A DNA stretch of 64,000 nt from Candidatus Eiseniibacteriota bacterium (GTDB lineage: Bacteria; Eisenbacteria; RBG-16-71-46): NCBI GenBank assembly GCA_963717935.1, contig CAVQXP010000004.1, positions 1,536,001-1,600,000 on the forward strand. Reading direction: 5' to 3'. Below the pieces are notes generated by a model. The model was not told the origin of the DNA. It made no database searches and saw only the letters and a list, made by a program, of their open reading frames with translations. Position numbers and translations under genes: made by a program. Below, piece by piece: positions 9,761 through 18,890 of this stretch (position 1 is the first letter of the stretch; each line of letters starts with the position of its first letter).

Positions 9761-12097
9761 TCAGAACTTCAGCTGCTGGATCGGGCGCGAGACGTGGAAC
9801 GTCACGCTCCTGTCCGCGCCCGCAGCTCCGACGAGCCCGACCGTGAGGACTCCCTGCTCCACGCGGTAGCCGAAAGGAAGGCTCTCCAGCGCCACGCGCA
9901 GCTCGTATTCGCCGGTGGGCAGCGGTCCGAAGCGGAAGTTCCCCGTTTCGTCGGTGTAGGTGAAGCTCCCCCCGTCGATCAGGATCTCCGCGCCGGAGAC
10001 CCCCGAACCGTCCCGATCGTCCACCACCCGCCCCTGGATCCATCCCACGTTCCGCGTGAGCGGGAGCGCCAGTTCGAGGAGATCGTCCTGCACGACCTCG
10101 ATCTCGAGCGGCCCGATCCCGTCGATCGAGAACTGGGTCGGGACGGAGGCCGGCAGGATCCGGATGACGTGCTTCCCGGCGTGCACGAGGGCGTGGAAGA
10201 CGCCGTCGGCGTCGGTCACGAGCGGCTGGCTGGCGTTCCCGTCCACCGAGACCTCGACCCCGGCGATCCCCGGCTCGCCCTGCTGCCAGCGCCCGTCCCC
10301 GTCGCCGTCCTCGAACACGCGGCCTCTCAGGATGAGGCGCTCCGGCACCGTGGGATCCAGGTGCGGGACGGCGGTCCTACTGGTGCGGCCGGTGGAGTGG
10401 GCCACGCTGAACGTCACGGTGTGGAGGAGCCCCGTCGACGAGTTGCTGAGCCCGTAGCGCGCGACCAGGAAGAGGCGCGGGTTCGGCTGCATGACGGCCT
10501 CGACCCTGCCGATGGTCTGCGTCAGGCGCGGCAGGCCCGGACTCGTCCCGTCGCGCGTCACGCCGAACTGACCGGAGAGCGTCACCAGCGGCCGGGGAAG
10601 CCTCAGCCCCGTGAAGTCCACGAACGACTCCACGCGCGCACCGTAGGGCTCCTGCCAGGCGATCCGATGCTGGAGCGAGAGTGTCCCGGAGGACCCCACG
10701 CGCAGGCCGAGGCTCCCGGAGAGGTAGTCCCGGGCACTGCGACCGCGGTGATCGATCCGGCTCCACTCGAGCGTGGAGTTCCGGCCGGGCCCCAGCTGCT
10801 GCGAGACCGACGCCGTGCTCGTCGCCACCCACTCGCAGAACAGATCCCCTTCGCGGTGCCTGAGCTCGTGGGACGCCGAGAGGCCGGTCCCCGCGCCCGC
10901 GGTCCGCCACGCGAGCCTGCCTCCGACCTGGTTCCCGTGGGCCCGGTACTCGGTCAGGCCCCCCTCCATTCGTCCACGGTCCACGAGCACCGGATTCGTC
11001 CAGCGGCCCGCCCAGCCCGTGAGCGCGACCCGCCGGGGAGCGCGCCAGGTGAGGTTCATGTCCTCCGTCAGGCCCGGGACCGGCTGCAGGGCGCCCAGGT
11101 AGCCGAGCGCGCGTGGCTTCCCCCGGGTGGCCTGAAGATGCGCGCCCATGCTCAGTCCGCGCAGTTCGCTCTGTGCGCTCACCTCTCCCGCGAGCCCTTG
11201 CACGGTGCCGCCGGTGGAGGAGAAGGCCCGCGTCGCGAAGACGTCTCCCAGGAGGTCCACACGCCTGTCCTTCACCACGGGCACGCCGAAGGAGAGGCCC
11301 GCGCCCTGCGCGCTCCGGAACCTGTCCGAGACGCCTGCGGTGGAGGGGCCGCTGCCGGTCAGGCCATAGAGGAGACCCTGCAGGCGTGGGCCCCGCGGCC
11401 GCTCCACGCGCCAGAACCCGGCGCCGAAGCGCCGTGCGAAGGCGCCGTTCTCGAACGCGGTGTAGCTCACGGGCAGGTTGCCGGCGAGCCCGCCGGCGCG
11501 CCAGGCGAGCGACCTGCCGTCGCCCCCGCGATGCCGTTCGATCAGGAGGCCGCGGGCGCTGGTGCCGTTGGCGCCGGGGGACCCCGCGGGCAACAGGGCG
11601 TCACCGGCGTCCGCCTGCCAGCCCCTCTTCGATGTGAACCCGAGCCGCCGCCGCAGGAGGTAGCTGCGCCCGTCGTAGCTCATCAGCTCGCTCTGCAGCT
11701 CGAGCCTCCCCCCGGGGAGACAGTCGAGGAGATCCAGCCGGAAACGCTCCCGGCTGGTCGCAGTCCCTTCGCGCGGGTTGCTCCCCTCCTGGGAGAATTC
11801 CCCGTTGACCTGGTCCCAGGGCAGCGACTGTTCCCAGGGCCTCTGCCCGGGATCGGCGAGGGAGCGCTGCGCGGACGGGGACAGGGTCTCGCTGTCCTTC
11901 CGCGCGGCGACGAGTGGCCTGGCCAGCGGGAACTCGGCCCGGGGGACGCGTCGCAGCTCGAAGGACGACGGGGCGGCAGGCCGGATGGCGTCGGAGGCCG
12001 TGGTGTCGGCGGGACCCGCCCCGGCGACCGAGCAGGCCGCCAGGAACACGAGCGGCATCACGCTCCCTGCGACCCGGCTGGCTCCTGGCATGGTCAC
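9761..12097 (-). CDS. Usher-like outer-membrane protein with C-terminal SdrD-B/carboxypeptidase-regulatory-like domains
   Basis: Signal peptide, amphipathic beta-rich core, LRGRVFEDGDGDGRWQQGEPGIAGVEV and IQGRVVD...TDETGNFRFGPLPTGEY modules, terminal Phe; last gene after chaperone and pilins. Confidence 0.6.
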   Translation of the reverse strand: MTMPGASRVAGSVMPLVFLAACSVAGAGPADTTASDAIRPAAPSSFELRRVPRAEFPLARPLVAARKDSETLSPSAQRSLADPGQRPWEQSLPWDQVNGEFSQEGSNPREGTATSRERFRLDLLDCLPGGRLELQSELMSYDGRSYLLRRRLGFTSKRGWQADAGDALLPAGSPGANGTSARGLLIERHRGGDGRSLAWRAGGLAGNLPVSYTAFENGAFARRFGAGFWRVERPRGPRLQGLLYGLTGSGPSTAGVSDRFRSAQGAGLSFGVPVVKDRRVDLLGDVFATRAFSSTGGTVQGLAGEVSAQSELRGLSMGAHLQATRGKPRALGYLGALQPVPGLTEDMNLTWRAPRRVALTGWAGRWTNPVLVDRGRMEGGLTEYRAHGNQVGGRLAWRTAGAGTGLSASHELRHREGDLFCEWVATSTASVSQQLGPGRNSTLEWSRIDHRGRSARDYLSGSLGLRVGSSGTLSLQHRIAWQEPYGARVESFVDFTGLRLPRPLVTLSGQFGVTRDGTSPGLPRLTQTIGRVEAVMQPNPRLFLVARYGLSNSSTGLLHTVTFSVAHSTGRTSRTAVPHLDPTVPERLILRGRVFEDGDGDGRWQQGEPGIAGVEVSVDGNASQPLVTDADGVFHALVHAGKHVIRILPASVPTQFSIDGIGPLEIEVVQDDLLELALPLTRNVGWIQGRVVDDRDGSGVSGAEILIDGGSFTYTDETGNFRFGPLPTGEYELRVALESLPFGYRVEQGVLTVGLVGAAGADRSVTFHVSRPIQQLKF

Positions 12098-12112
12098 GTC
12101 CGCCCGCTCCGG

Positions 12113-12958
12113 CTACCGCGCTGCCTTCGTACGAGACGCCCCGGCCTCGGCCGGGACCGCCACGTCGAACTCCTTGATGCCCTGGAGCAGCGACTCCTCG
12201 CCGCTGTCCACCGTGAGCAGCAGCCGATAGGGACCGGCGCCGGTCGGATGCCACGGACAGCGGTACACGGTCTCGCTCCCGGGCAGGCAGACGCGATAGG
12301 GCAGCTCCTGCTGGAACAGGACCGTCCCGGTCGAATCCGTCACCTGGAACCAGCCCGTGGGGTAGAAGTAGACGTTCCCGCGGTTGGCGACCTGCGCCAC
12401 GAGGTCCAGCGTGTCGCGGTAAGCGCCCGGCTGGACGGCCATCTCCGTGATCGTGCCCGCGCGCGATTCCGTGCCCGCGGCGGTGAGGTAGACCGTGGTC
12501 CCCATGCGCACGCGCGTCCCGAGTCCCAGCTTCGCGCGGCGCATCTCCGCCTGCCCTTCGAAGAAGATGATGGTCCAGTAGGACCCGCGCGCGGTGTCGG
12601 GCAGTGTCGCCGTCACGCGCACGACCCGCGTCCCGTGGGGGGGGATGGTGAAGTCCGGCAGGTCCGTGCGGGCCCAGGCCGACGCGGAGCGTGGCTGCGA
12701 CCCCCGCGGCAGGAGATCCACGCCGCCGTCGGGGGTCGTGGCCCAGTCCTCCACGGTCGTCACGACGCGCACCGGCTCGTCGCCGTTGTTGTAGACCTCC
12801 ACGGCCTCGGTCCGGGATTCGCCCGGCGCCAGCGTGAGCCGGAGCTTCATGGGCGCGACCGCCATGGCGAGGTTGCCCCAGGCGGGTGTCGTGGCGAGGA
12901 GCAGGAGCCCCATGATGGCGAGAGCGAGGCCAGCGGTCCTCCAGTTCGAGGTTCTCAT
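12113..12958 (-). CDS. PapD-like / DUF916-like periplasmic pilus chaperone
   Basis: Signal peptide; VAPMKLRL...VEVYNNG...VEDW...SASAW...FTIPP...GSYWTIIFFE; second Ig-like domain VANRGNVY; ATGA overlap with upstream gene. Confidence 0.7.
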   Translation of the reverse strand: MRTSNWRTAGLALAIMGLLLLATTPAWGNLAMAVAPMKLRLTLAPGESRTEAVEVYNNGDEPVRVVTTVEDWATTPDGGVDLLPRGSQPRSASAWARTDLPDFTIPPHGTRVVRVTATLPDTARGSYWTIIFFEGQAEMRRAKLGLGTRVRMGTTVYLTAAGTESRAGTITEMAVQPGAYRDTLDLVAQVANRGNVYFYPTGWFQVTDSTGTVLFQQELPYRVCLPGSETVYRCPWHPTGAGPYRLLLTVDSGEESLLQGIKEFDVAVPAEAGASRTKAAR

Positions 12959-13488
12959 TGTTCCACCACCGTGTAGATGAGGGTGTTGGTGTAGTTCGTG
13001 GGGCCGGCTGATCCGGCGTCGGAGTAGTCCCACAGGTTGATGATCTTGATATTGGTGTCCACCTGACGGCTCACGCCGTTCCCGCCCCCCGCCCACAGGG
13101 CCTGGTTCGAGGAGGTGATGGGCGTGTATGTGGCGATGAGGCTCCCCACCGTCGGGCAGCGGATCAGGAGGTGGGACATGTCGATGGACGGGCTCCCGGC
13201 GCTGCAGCTGACGAAGAGGATGAGCCCCGCCCTGGCCGGCGTGTTGACCCGCACGCAGATCCCGCCCGTCGGGGCCAGCGATTCCACGAAGCCCGCTTCG
13301 TAGTCGTTCTGCGTGGGAGTGAGCGAGAGGCTGTTCGTGAGGACCTGGATGCTCGTCGCGGCGCGCGCGACCGGAGTCAGCGGCAGGACGAGGAACAGGA
13401 CCGGGAGCGCGCAGACGAGCACGCGCCGGCTTGACGCCCGCCGGTCGGCGGGCGTCGGGGGCCTGGCGGTCACTCCGGTTACTTCCAT
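12955..13488 (-). CDS. Secreted pilin-like subunit 2 (minor/tip); start uncertain
   Basis: Signal ending VARA; colinear paralog of 13705-14241; C-terminus NLWDYSD...YTNTLIYTVVEQ. Confidence 0.65.
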   Translation of the reverse strand: MEVTGVTARPPTPADRRASSRRVLVCALPVLFLVLPLTPVARAATSIQVLTNSLSLTPTQNDYEAGFVESLAPTGGICVRVNTPARAGLILFVSCSAGSPSIDMSHLLIRCPTVGSLIATYTPITSSNQALWAGGGNGVSRQVDTNIKIINLWDYSDAGSAGPTNYTNTLIYTVVEQ

Positions 13489-13661
13489 CGCGGCTTTCTC
13501 ACGGACTTCCATTTCCGGTGGTGAGGGGGCACCGCCGCGCTCCAGGATTCGAGCCCCATCCCGACCCTCGGCGGTCGGAATGGCCTGGAGAGGGGTTCGG
13601 ACTTCCATCCGTCAGGCCCGCTCGTCCGGCCTGGAGGGTCGGCGATCGAGACAGGCGGACC

Positions 13662-13685
13662 GGGGGCGCCCCGAGGGCGCCCTCG
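13662..13685 (-). promoter_or_regulatory. Intercistronic hairpin after the major pilin gene
   Basis: GGGCGCCC-cga-GGGCGCCC stem about 20 nt after the pilin stop. Confidence 0.45.
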
Positions 13686-13704
13686 TTGTCCGGGTCATCT
13701 CCGA

Positions 13705-14241
13705 CTACTGGACCACGACCGTGTAGGTCAGCGTGTTGGTGTACGCCGTCGTTCCGGCGCCGTCCGGATCCGAGTAAGCCCAAAGGTTCTGCACCCGGAT
13801 GTCGGTCTGGATCGTGGTGTAAGCGGGCGATGTCGTGGTCGTGGACCAGAGGTCCTGGTCGGTGGCGGTGATCGCGGTGAAGCTGCTCTGCGTCGTGCCC
13901 GATCCGCCGGCGGCCGTCTGCGTCTTGAAGAGCAGGTCGGCCAGCGCGATCTCCGGCGAGCCGTCGGCGCACTTCACCTTCGTGATCGCGCCGGTGGAGC
14001 TGTTGGTCCGGATCCGGACGTCGATGCCGGCAGCACCCAGCGCGTCGACGTATCCGAGGTCGTAGTTGGTCTGGTTGGGCGTGAGCGTGATGCTGGGGTC
14101 CAGCACTTCGATCTGGACGGTGGCGCCAGCCTGGAGGATGACGTCAGAGGTGCCCGACGTGGCCGCGAACGCCGGGCTGCTGGCCCCCAGGGCCAGGACG
14201 GCGACCGGCACAAGGAACGCGAGAATCCTGGAACGCTGCAT
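13705..14241 (-). CDS. Secreted pilin-like subunit 1 (major)
   Basis: GGAGG RBS; signal ending AFA; Thr/Ala/Ser-rich beta protein; C-terminal strand YTNTLTYTVVVQ; first gene of the operon. Confidence 0.7.
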   Translation of the reverse strand: MQRSRILAFLVPVAVLALGASSPAFAATSGTSDVILQAGATVQIEVLDPSITLTPNQTNYDLGYVDALGAAGIDVRIRTNSSTGAITKVKCADGSPEIALADLLFKTQTAAGGSGTTQSSFTAITATDQDLWSTTTTSPAYTTIQTDIRVQNLWAYSDPDGAGTTAYTNTLTYTVVVQ

Positions 14242-14485
14242 ATCCAACCCTCCCAAGGCTTATCCCTGCCACGATTCGCATGAGCGGTGCGGTGCAAGAT
14301 GTCGGCAGTAAATCTCGTATCGGCTGGGCTCGGTTGGCGGCTTGAGGGAAAACTTTCCGGATGGCGGGGGAAGAGGGGGGGCCGGATTGGCGCGGCCGGT
14401 CCGGGGTAAGTCCCGGCGGCGAGGCCAGATGAGGGTGCTCGCCGGGCCCCGGCCGGTCCTTGCCGACCGGCGCCCAGGACGTGGG

Positions 14486-14522
14486 CGGGGCCGGGGAGCG
14501 TCGTCTCGGCCCCCCGGCCCCG
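14486..14522. repeat. Right direct repeat and hairpin bounding the pilus cassette
   Basis: 22 bp identical to 9724-9745, then CCCGGCCCC resumes after a 5-nt insert; lies just after the stop of the 14539-15963 gene. Confidence 0.8.
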
Positions 14523-14538
14523 CAGGTTCCCTGTCGCG

Positions 14539-15963
14539 CTACTTCTTCCGGGCTCCGAGCAGGGCCTGGTCGAGGTCCGCGATGACGTCGTCCGGATGCT
14601 CGGCCCCGACGCAGAGACGGATCAGGTTCGGCGGGATGCCGGCGAGCTTCCGACCTTCCTCGCCCTGCTGTTGATGGGTCGAGATCGCGGGGATCGTGGC
14701 GACGCTCTTGATCCTCCCCAGGTCGGTCGCGCGCCAGATCCGCTCCAGGCCGTCGAAGACCTTCCGCGCCGTCCCGGCTCCGCCCTTCACGCAGAACGAC
14801 ATCAGGTGCCCGTAGCGGTTGACGGGCTTCCCGTAGAGGTCGTCGTGCTCGGCGTCCACCAGCCACAGGTACCGGCTGGCCAGCTCGTGCAGCGGGTGGT
14901 TCGGCAGGCCGAGATACTCGACGCGCTCGACCATCGGGTGGCGCTCGAGCCACTCCGACACCTTCATCGTGCTGCGGCTCATCAGGTCGATCTTCGAGCG
15001 CAGCGTGCGCATGTCGTTGAGCGTCATGACCGCCTGCAGGGGGTGCAGGTTCGGGCCGTAGTCCCGGTTCGGCAGGTACTTGATGTAGAGCGCGAAATCG
15101 TCCCGCAACGCGTCGATCGGGATGTTCGTCACGAGCCCCTTGCGCGCGATGACGGCGCCGCAGATCCCGAATCCGCTCGAGGACAGGGTCTTGGAGGCGG
15201 ACTGCACGACGATGTCCGCACCGTGGCGGATCGGGCGGAGCAGGGCCGGCGTGGCGACCGTGCTGTCGACGATCAGCGGCAGCCCGTGCGAGTGGGCGAG
15301 GTCCGCCACGGCCTGGATGTCGAAGAAGCCCTGCTGCGGGTTGCTCGGCAGTTCGCCGTAGAGGAAGCGCGTGTTCTTGTCGATCTTCGATGCCCACTCG
15401 TCCAGGCTGGTCGGGTCCTGGATCCAGCGGCACTCGATGTCGCGCTCCTGCTGCAGGCGGACATTGAACTGCTGGAAGGTGCCACCGTAACACTGCGCGG
15501 TGGCGAGGAAGTTGCGGGGCTCGTAGACGTCGTGCCGGGTGTGCATGAGGAACGGCTGGACGGCCGTCATGATCGCCGCCATCCCCGAGGAGGTCGAGCA
15601 GCAGGAGGTCTCCCCGTCGAACCCGTAGCCCTCGAGCAGGGCCAGCACCCACTCGTAGTAGTAGGTGGAGGGGTTCGCGATCCTCGAATAGCACCAGGTC
15701 GGGATCAGGTAGGCCAGCGCCGCCGCCATCTCGTCGGAATCGCGGTAGGCCTGCGAGGTCGACATGAAGATCGGCTCGATGATCGAGCCCTGGTAGTCCT
15801 CGATCGCGTCCTGGACCGAGTAGAGGCCGTGGACCGCGATCGTGTCGAACCTCCATTTCTTCACGACGTCGCGGATGTACCCGGCGCGCCGGGCGAGATA
15901 CTCGTTGTTCCGGTCGATGTAGCGCTGCATCCCCGGTGTGATCTCGACATCTCGGTCGGCCAT
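14539..15963 (-). CDS. PLP-dependent trans-sulfuration (Cys/Met metabolism) family enzyme
   Basis: YSRIANP, SSGMAAI, YGGT, ELPSNP, IVDSTVATP, VVQSASK (PLP Lys) and LIRLCVGAE motifs. Confidence 0.88.
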   Translation of the reverse strand: MADRDVEITPGMQRYIDRNNEYLARRAGYIRDVVKKWRFDTIAVHGLYSVQDAIEDYQGSIIEPIFMSTSQAYRDSDEMAAALAYLIPTWCYSRIANPSTYYYEWVLALLEGYGFDGETSCCSTSSGMAAIMTAVQPFLMHTRHDVYEPRNFLATAQCYGGTFQQFNVRLQQERDIECRWIQDPTSLDEWASKIDKNTRFLYGELPSNPQQGFFDIQAVADLAHSHGLPLIVDSTVATPALLRPIRHGADIVVQSASKTLSSSGFGICGAVIARKGLVTNIPIDALRDDFALYIKYLPNRDYGPNLHPLQAVMTLNDMRTLRSKIDLMSRSTMKVSEWLERHPMVERVEYLGLPNHPLHELASRYLWLVDAEHDDLYGKPVNRYGHLMSFCVKGGAGTARKVFDGLERIWRATDLGRIKSVATIPAISTHQQQGEEGRKLAGIPPNLIRLCVGAEHPDDVIADLDQALLGARKK

Positions 15964-16088
15964 GGAGCACCTCCGGCGAGGATTCTTGGAGTGGACGCGA
16001 GAGCGTGTAAGATACCGCAGCTGGTCAGGCGCGACGAAGCGATTCCCCGACCGGCGTGACGGGGCCCGCCCCGGGGAGAGCGGCAGAG

Positions 16089-17465
16089 ATGACCAGCGAA
16101 CCGATCCGCTTCACCAGTACCAACCGGAGCGTTCCACCGACCGACCTGCGCGGTGCGCTGTTGCAGGGACAGGCGGCCGACCGGGGCCTGTTCATGCCCG
16201 TGACGGTCCCGCCCCTGAGCCCGGACGACCTCGCGTCGCTGGTCGGGAAGTCCTATGCGGAGATCGCGTGGTCCGTCCTGCGGCGTTTCACGGCCGGGAT
16301 GCTCGACGATGCGAAGCTGCGGGCCCTGTGCGCGGACGCCTACGACTACGACGTCCCGCTCGAGCGGGTCGAGGGGCGCCGCTGGCTGATGCGCCTCGAC
16401 CAGGGGCCGACCGCCTCGTTCAAGGACTTCGCGGCCCGGATGATGGCTCGCTGGATGGGGGCCTTCCTGGCGGAGGACCGTGACGAGCTGGTCATCCTGA
16501 CCGCCACCTCGGGCGACACGGGCAGCGCGGTGGCCCACGCCTACCATGGGGTGGACCGCGTCCAGAGCGTCGTGCTGTTCCCGGTGGCGGAGGTCTCCGG
16601 CCGGCAGCGCCGGCAGATGACGACCCTGGGCGGCAACGTCACGGCCTTCGCCGTGGACGGCAAGTTCGACGACTGCCAGGCGATGGTCAAGCGCGCCTTC
16701 GCGGATCCCGACCTGGCCGGCCTGCGGCTGAGCAGCGCCAACTCGATCAACGTCGGGCGGCTGCTCCCGCAGTCCGTCTACTACGTCTACGCCTACGTCC
16801 GGCTCGCCGACGTGGGGGCCCGCGAGCCGATCGTCTTCTCGGTCCCCTCGGGGAACTTCGGCGACCTGATGGGCGCGGTGCTCGCGACCCGCATGGGCCT
16901 GCCCATCTCGCGGGTCGTCATCGCGACGAACGCGAACGACGAGGTCCCCTGCTTCTTCGCCACCGGCCGCTACGAGAAGATCGTCCCGTCCCGCGTGTGC
17001 ATCTCGAACGCCATGAACGTCGGGCACCCTTCGAACCTCGCCCGCCTGGTGGACGCCTACGGCGGCTGGATGGACGAGACCGGCGCGTTCCGCGAGCCGC
17101 CCGACCTGGCCCGGCTCCGGCGCGACTTCTACGCCGTGAGCATCTCCGACGACGAGACCCGCGCGACGATCCGCGACGCCTGGCGGCGGCACGCGACCCT
17201 GCTGGAACCGCACGGGGCGGTCGGCTGGGCGGGATTGCAGCGCTTCCTGGCGGAGCCCGGCGCGCCGGCCGATCCTCTGGCCGTCTCGATCGAGACCGCG
17301 CACCCGGCCAAGTTCCCCGAGGAGATCCAGGCGCTGCTCGGGCTCGACCCCGTCCTGCCGCCGAGCCTGGCGGGGATCGAGTCGAAGCCCGAGCAGTACG
17401 GACACCTGACCACCGAATACTCGCCGTTCCGGGATTTCCTGAAGGAGCGATTCCTCAGGGCCTGA
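16089..17465 (+). CDS. thrC: Threonine synthase
   Basis: GPTASFKDFAA, ATSGDTGSAV, FDDCQ, SANSINVGRL, SVPSGNFG and TAHPAKF motifs. Confidence 0.95.
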   Translation: MTSEPIRFTSTNRSVPPTDLRGALLQGQAADRGLFMPVTVPPLSPDDLASLVGKSYAEIAWSVLRRFTAGMLDDAKLRALCADAYDYDVPLERVEGRRWLMRLDQGPTASFKDFAARMMARWMGAFLAEDRDELVILTATSGDTGSAVAHAYHGVDRVQSVVLFPVAEVSGRQRRQMTTLGGNVTAFAVDGKFDDCQAMVKRAFADPDLAGLRLSSANSINVGRLLPQSVYYVYAYVRLADVGAREPIVFSVPSGNFGDLMGAVLATRMGLPISRVVIATNANDEVPCFFATGRYEKIVPSRVCISNAMNVGHPSNLARLVDAYGGWMDETGAFREPPDLARLRRDFYAVSISDDETRATIRDAWRRHATLLEPHGAVGWAGLQRFLAEPGAPADPLAVSIETAHPAKFPEEIQALLGLDPVLPPSLAGIESKPEQYGHLTTEYSPFRDFLKERFLRA

Positions 17466-17518
17466 GGCGGGAGACACCGGGCGCGGCCGCGCCGCCTGCC
17501 CATCGCGAAGGAGCATGC

Positions 17519-18760
17519 ATGTCCGTCATCCAGCCGTTCCGGGCCTACCGGCCGCGCCCCGATCAGGCCCGCGAGGTCGCGAGCTTCCCCTACGACGTGC
17601 TCTCCTCCGCCGAGGCGCGCGAGCTGGCGCGCGGGAACCCCGTCTCCTTCCTGCACGTCTGCAAGCCGGAGATCGACCTCGACCCGGCGATCGACGTGCA
17701 CGACGACCGCGTCTACGCGCAGGGGCGCGAGAACCTCCGCCGGCTCATCGCCGACGGGGTGCTCGTGCGGGACGCGAGCCCCTGCCTCTACGTCTACCAG
17801 CAGCGCATGGGGGACCACGTCCAGGCGGGCCTCGTCGCGCTGTGCAGCGTGCGTGAGTACGAGCAGGACCTCATCAAGAGGCACGAGCACACGCGCCCGG
17901 ACAAGGAGGACGACCGGACCCGCCACGTCACGGAGGCCAACGCGAACGCCGAGCCGGTCTTCCTGGCCTACCGGGCCCGCAAGGAGATCGACCGGATCGT
18001 GGACGCCGTGCGCGCCCGCCCGGCCGCCTGCGACTTCGTCGCCACCGACGGCATCGGGCACGCGCTCTGGGTCATCTCCGACCCCGCGGAGGTCGCGGCC
18101 CTCGTGAAGCTCTTCGCCGGCCTCCCCGCGCTGTACGTGGCCGACGGCCACCACCGCACCGCCGCGGCCGCGCGCCACGGCAGGCAGATGCGCGACCGGC
18201 ACCCGGGCGGCCGCGGGGACGAGCCGTACGAGTCCTTCATGGCCGTGGTCTTCCCGCACGACCAGCTCAAGATCCTCGACTACAACCGCGTCGTGAAGGA
18301 CCTGAACGGCCTGAGCGCCGATCAGTTCCTCGCGAAGGTCGCGGAGCGCTTCGTCGTCGGGCCGGGGCAGGCGGTCACGCCCGCCACGCCGCACGGCTTC
18401 GGGATGTTCCTCGGCGGGAAGTGGCACCGGCTCGAGGCGCGCCCCGGGACGTACCCGGCCGACGACCCCATCGGGGGGCTCGATGTCTCGATCCTGCAGG
18501 ACAACCTGCTCGCGCCCGTGCTCGGCATCACCGACCCGCGCAAGGACACGCGCATCGACTTCGTCGGCGGCATCCGCGGCCTGGGCGAGCTGGAGAAGCG
18601 CTGCCGGGAGGGCTGGGCGGTCGCCTTCGCGCTCCATCCCACTTCGCTCGACGAGCTCATGCGGGTCGCCGACTCCGGGGTGGTCATGCCGCCCAAGTCC
18701 ACCTGGTTCGAGCCCAAGCTGCGCAGCGGGCTGACCGTGAACCTGCTCGACGAGGCCTGA
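17519..18760 (+). CDS. DUF1015 family protein
   Basis: PYDV, IKRHEHTR, YVADGHHR, YNRVVKD and MPPKSTWFEPKLRSGL motifs. Confidence 0.9.
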   Translation: MSVIQPFRAYRPRPDQAREVASFPYDVLSSAEARELARGNPVSFLHVCKPEIDLDPAIDVHDDRVYAQGRENLRRLIADGVLVRDASPCLYVYQQRMGDHVQAGLVALCSVREYEQDLIKRHEHTRPDKEDDRTRHVTEANANAEPVFLAYRARKEIDRIVDAVRARPAACDFVATDGIGHALWVISDPAEVAALVKLFAGLPALYVADGHHRTAAAARHGRQMRDRHPGGRGDEPYESFMAVVFPHDQLKILDYNRVVKDLNGLSADQFLAKVAERFVVGPGQAVTPATPHGFGMFLGGKWHRLEARPGTYPADDPIGGLDVSILQDNLLAPVLGITDPRKDTRIDFVGGIRGLGELEKRCREGWAVAFALHPTSLDELMRVADSGVVMPPKSTWFEPKLRSGLTVNLLDEA

Positions 18761-18767
18761 GGGCGTT

Positions 18768-18826
18768 CACAAACCCTTCACACAAGCCCTCCGCGGATTG
18801 ACGCCTCTGCAGGGCCTGTCTACACT
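18768..18826 (+). promoter_or_regulatory. Sigma70-type promoter with upstream direct repeat
   Basis: TTGACG (18798)-N17-TACACT (18821); CACAAACCCT and CACAAGCCCT at 18768 and 18781. Confidence 0.6.
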
Positions 18827-18890
18827 TGCTTGCCCTTGAAGAAAGGTAAGGCCGGTGGCGACGTCTGCGTTCGCGGGAGGGAGCAGGGTG

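Noticed and set aside
9698..12976. 1092-aa plus-strand ORF
   Set aside because: Antisense shadow of the usher-like and chaperone genes; Arg/Pro/Ala-rich with no motifs, as expected in high-GC DNA
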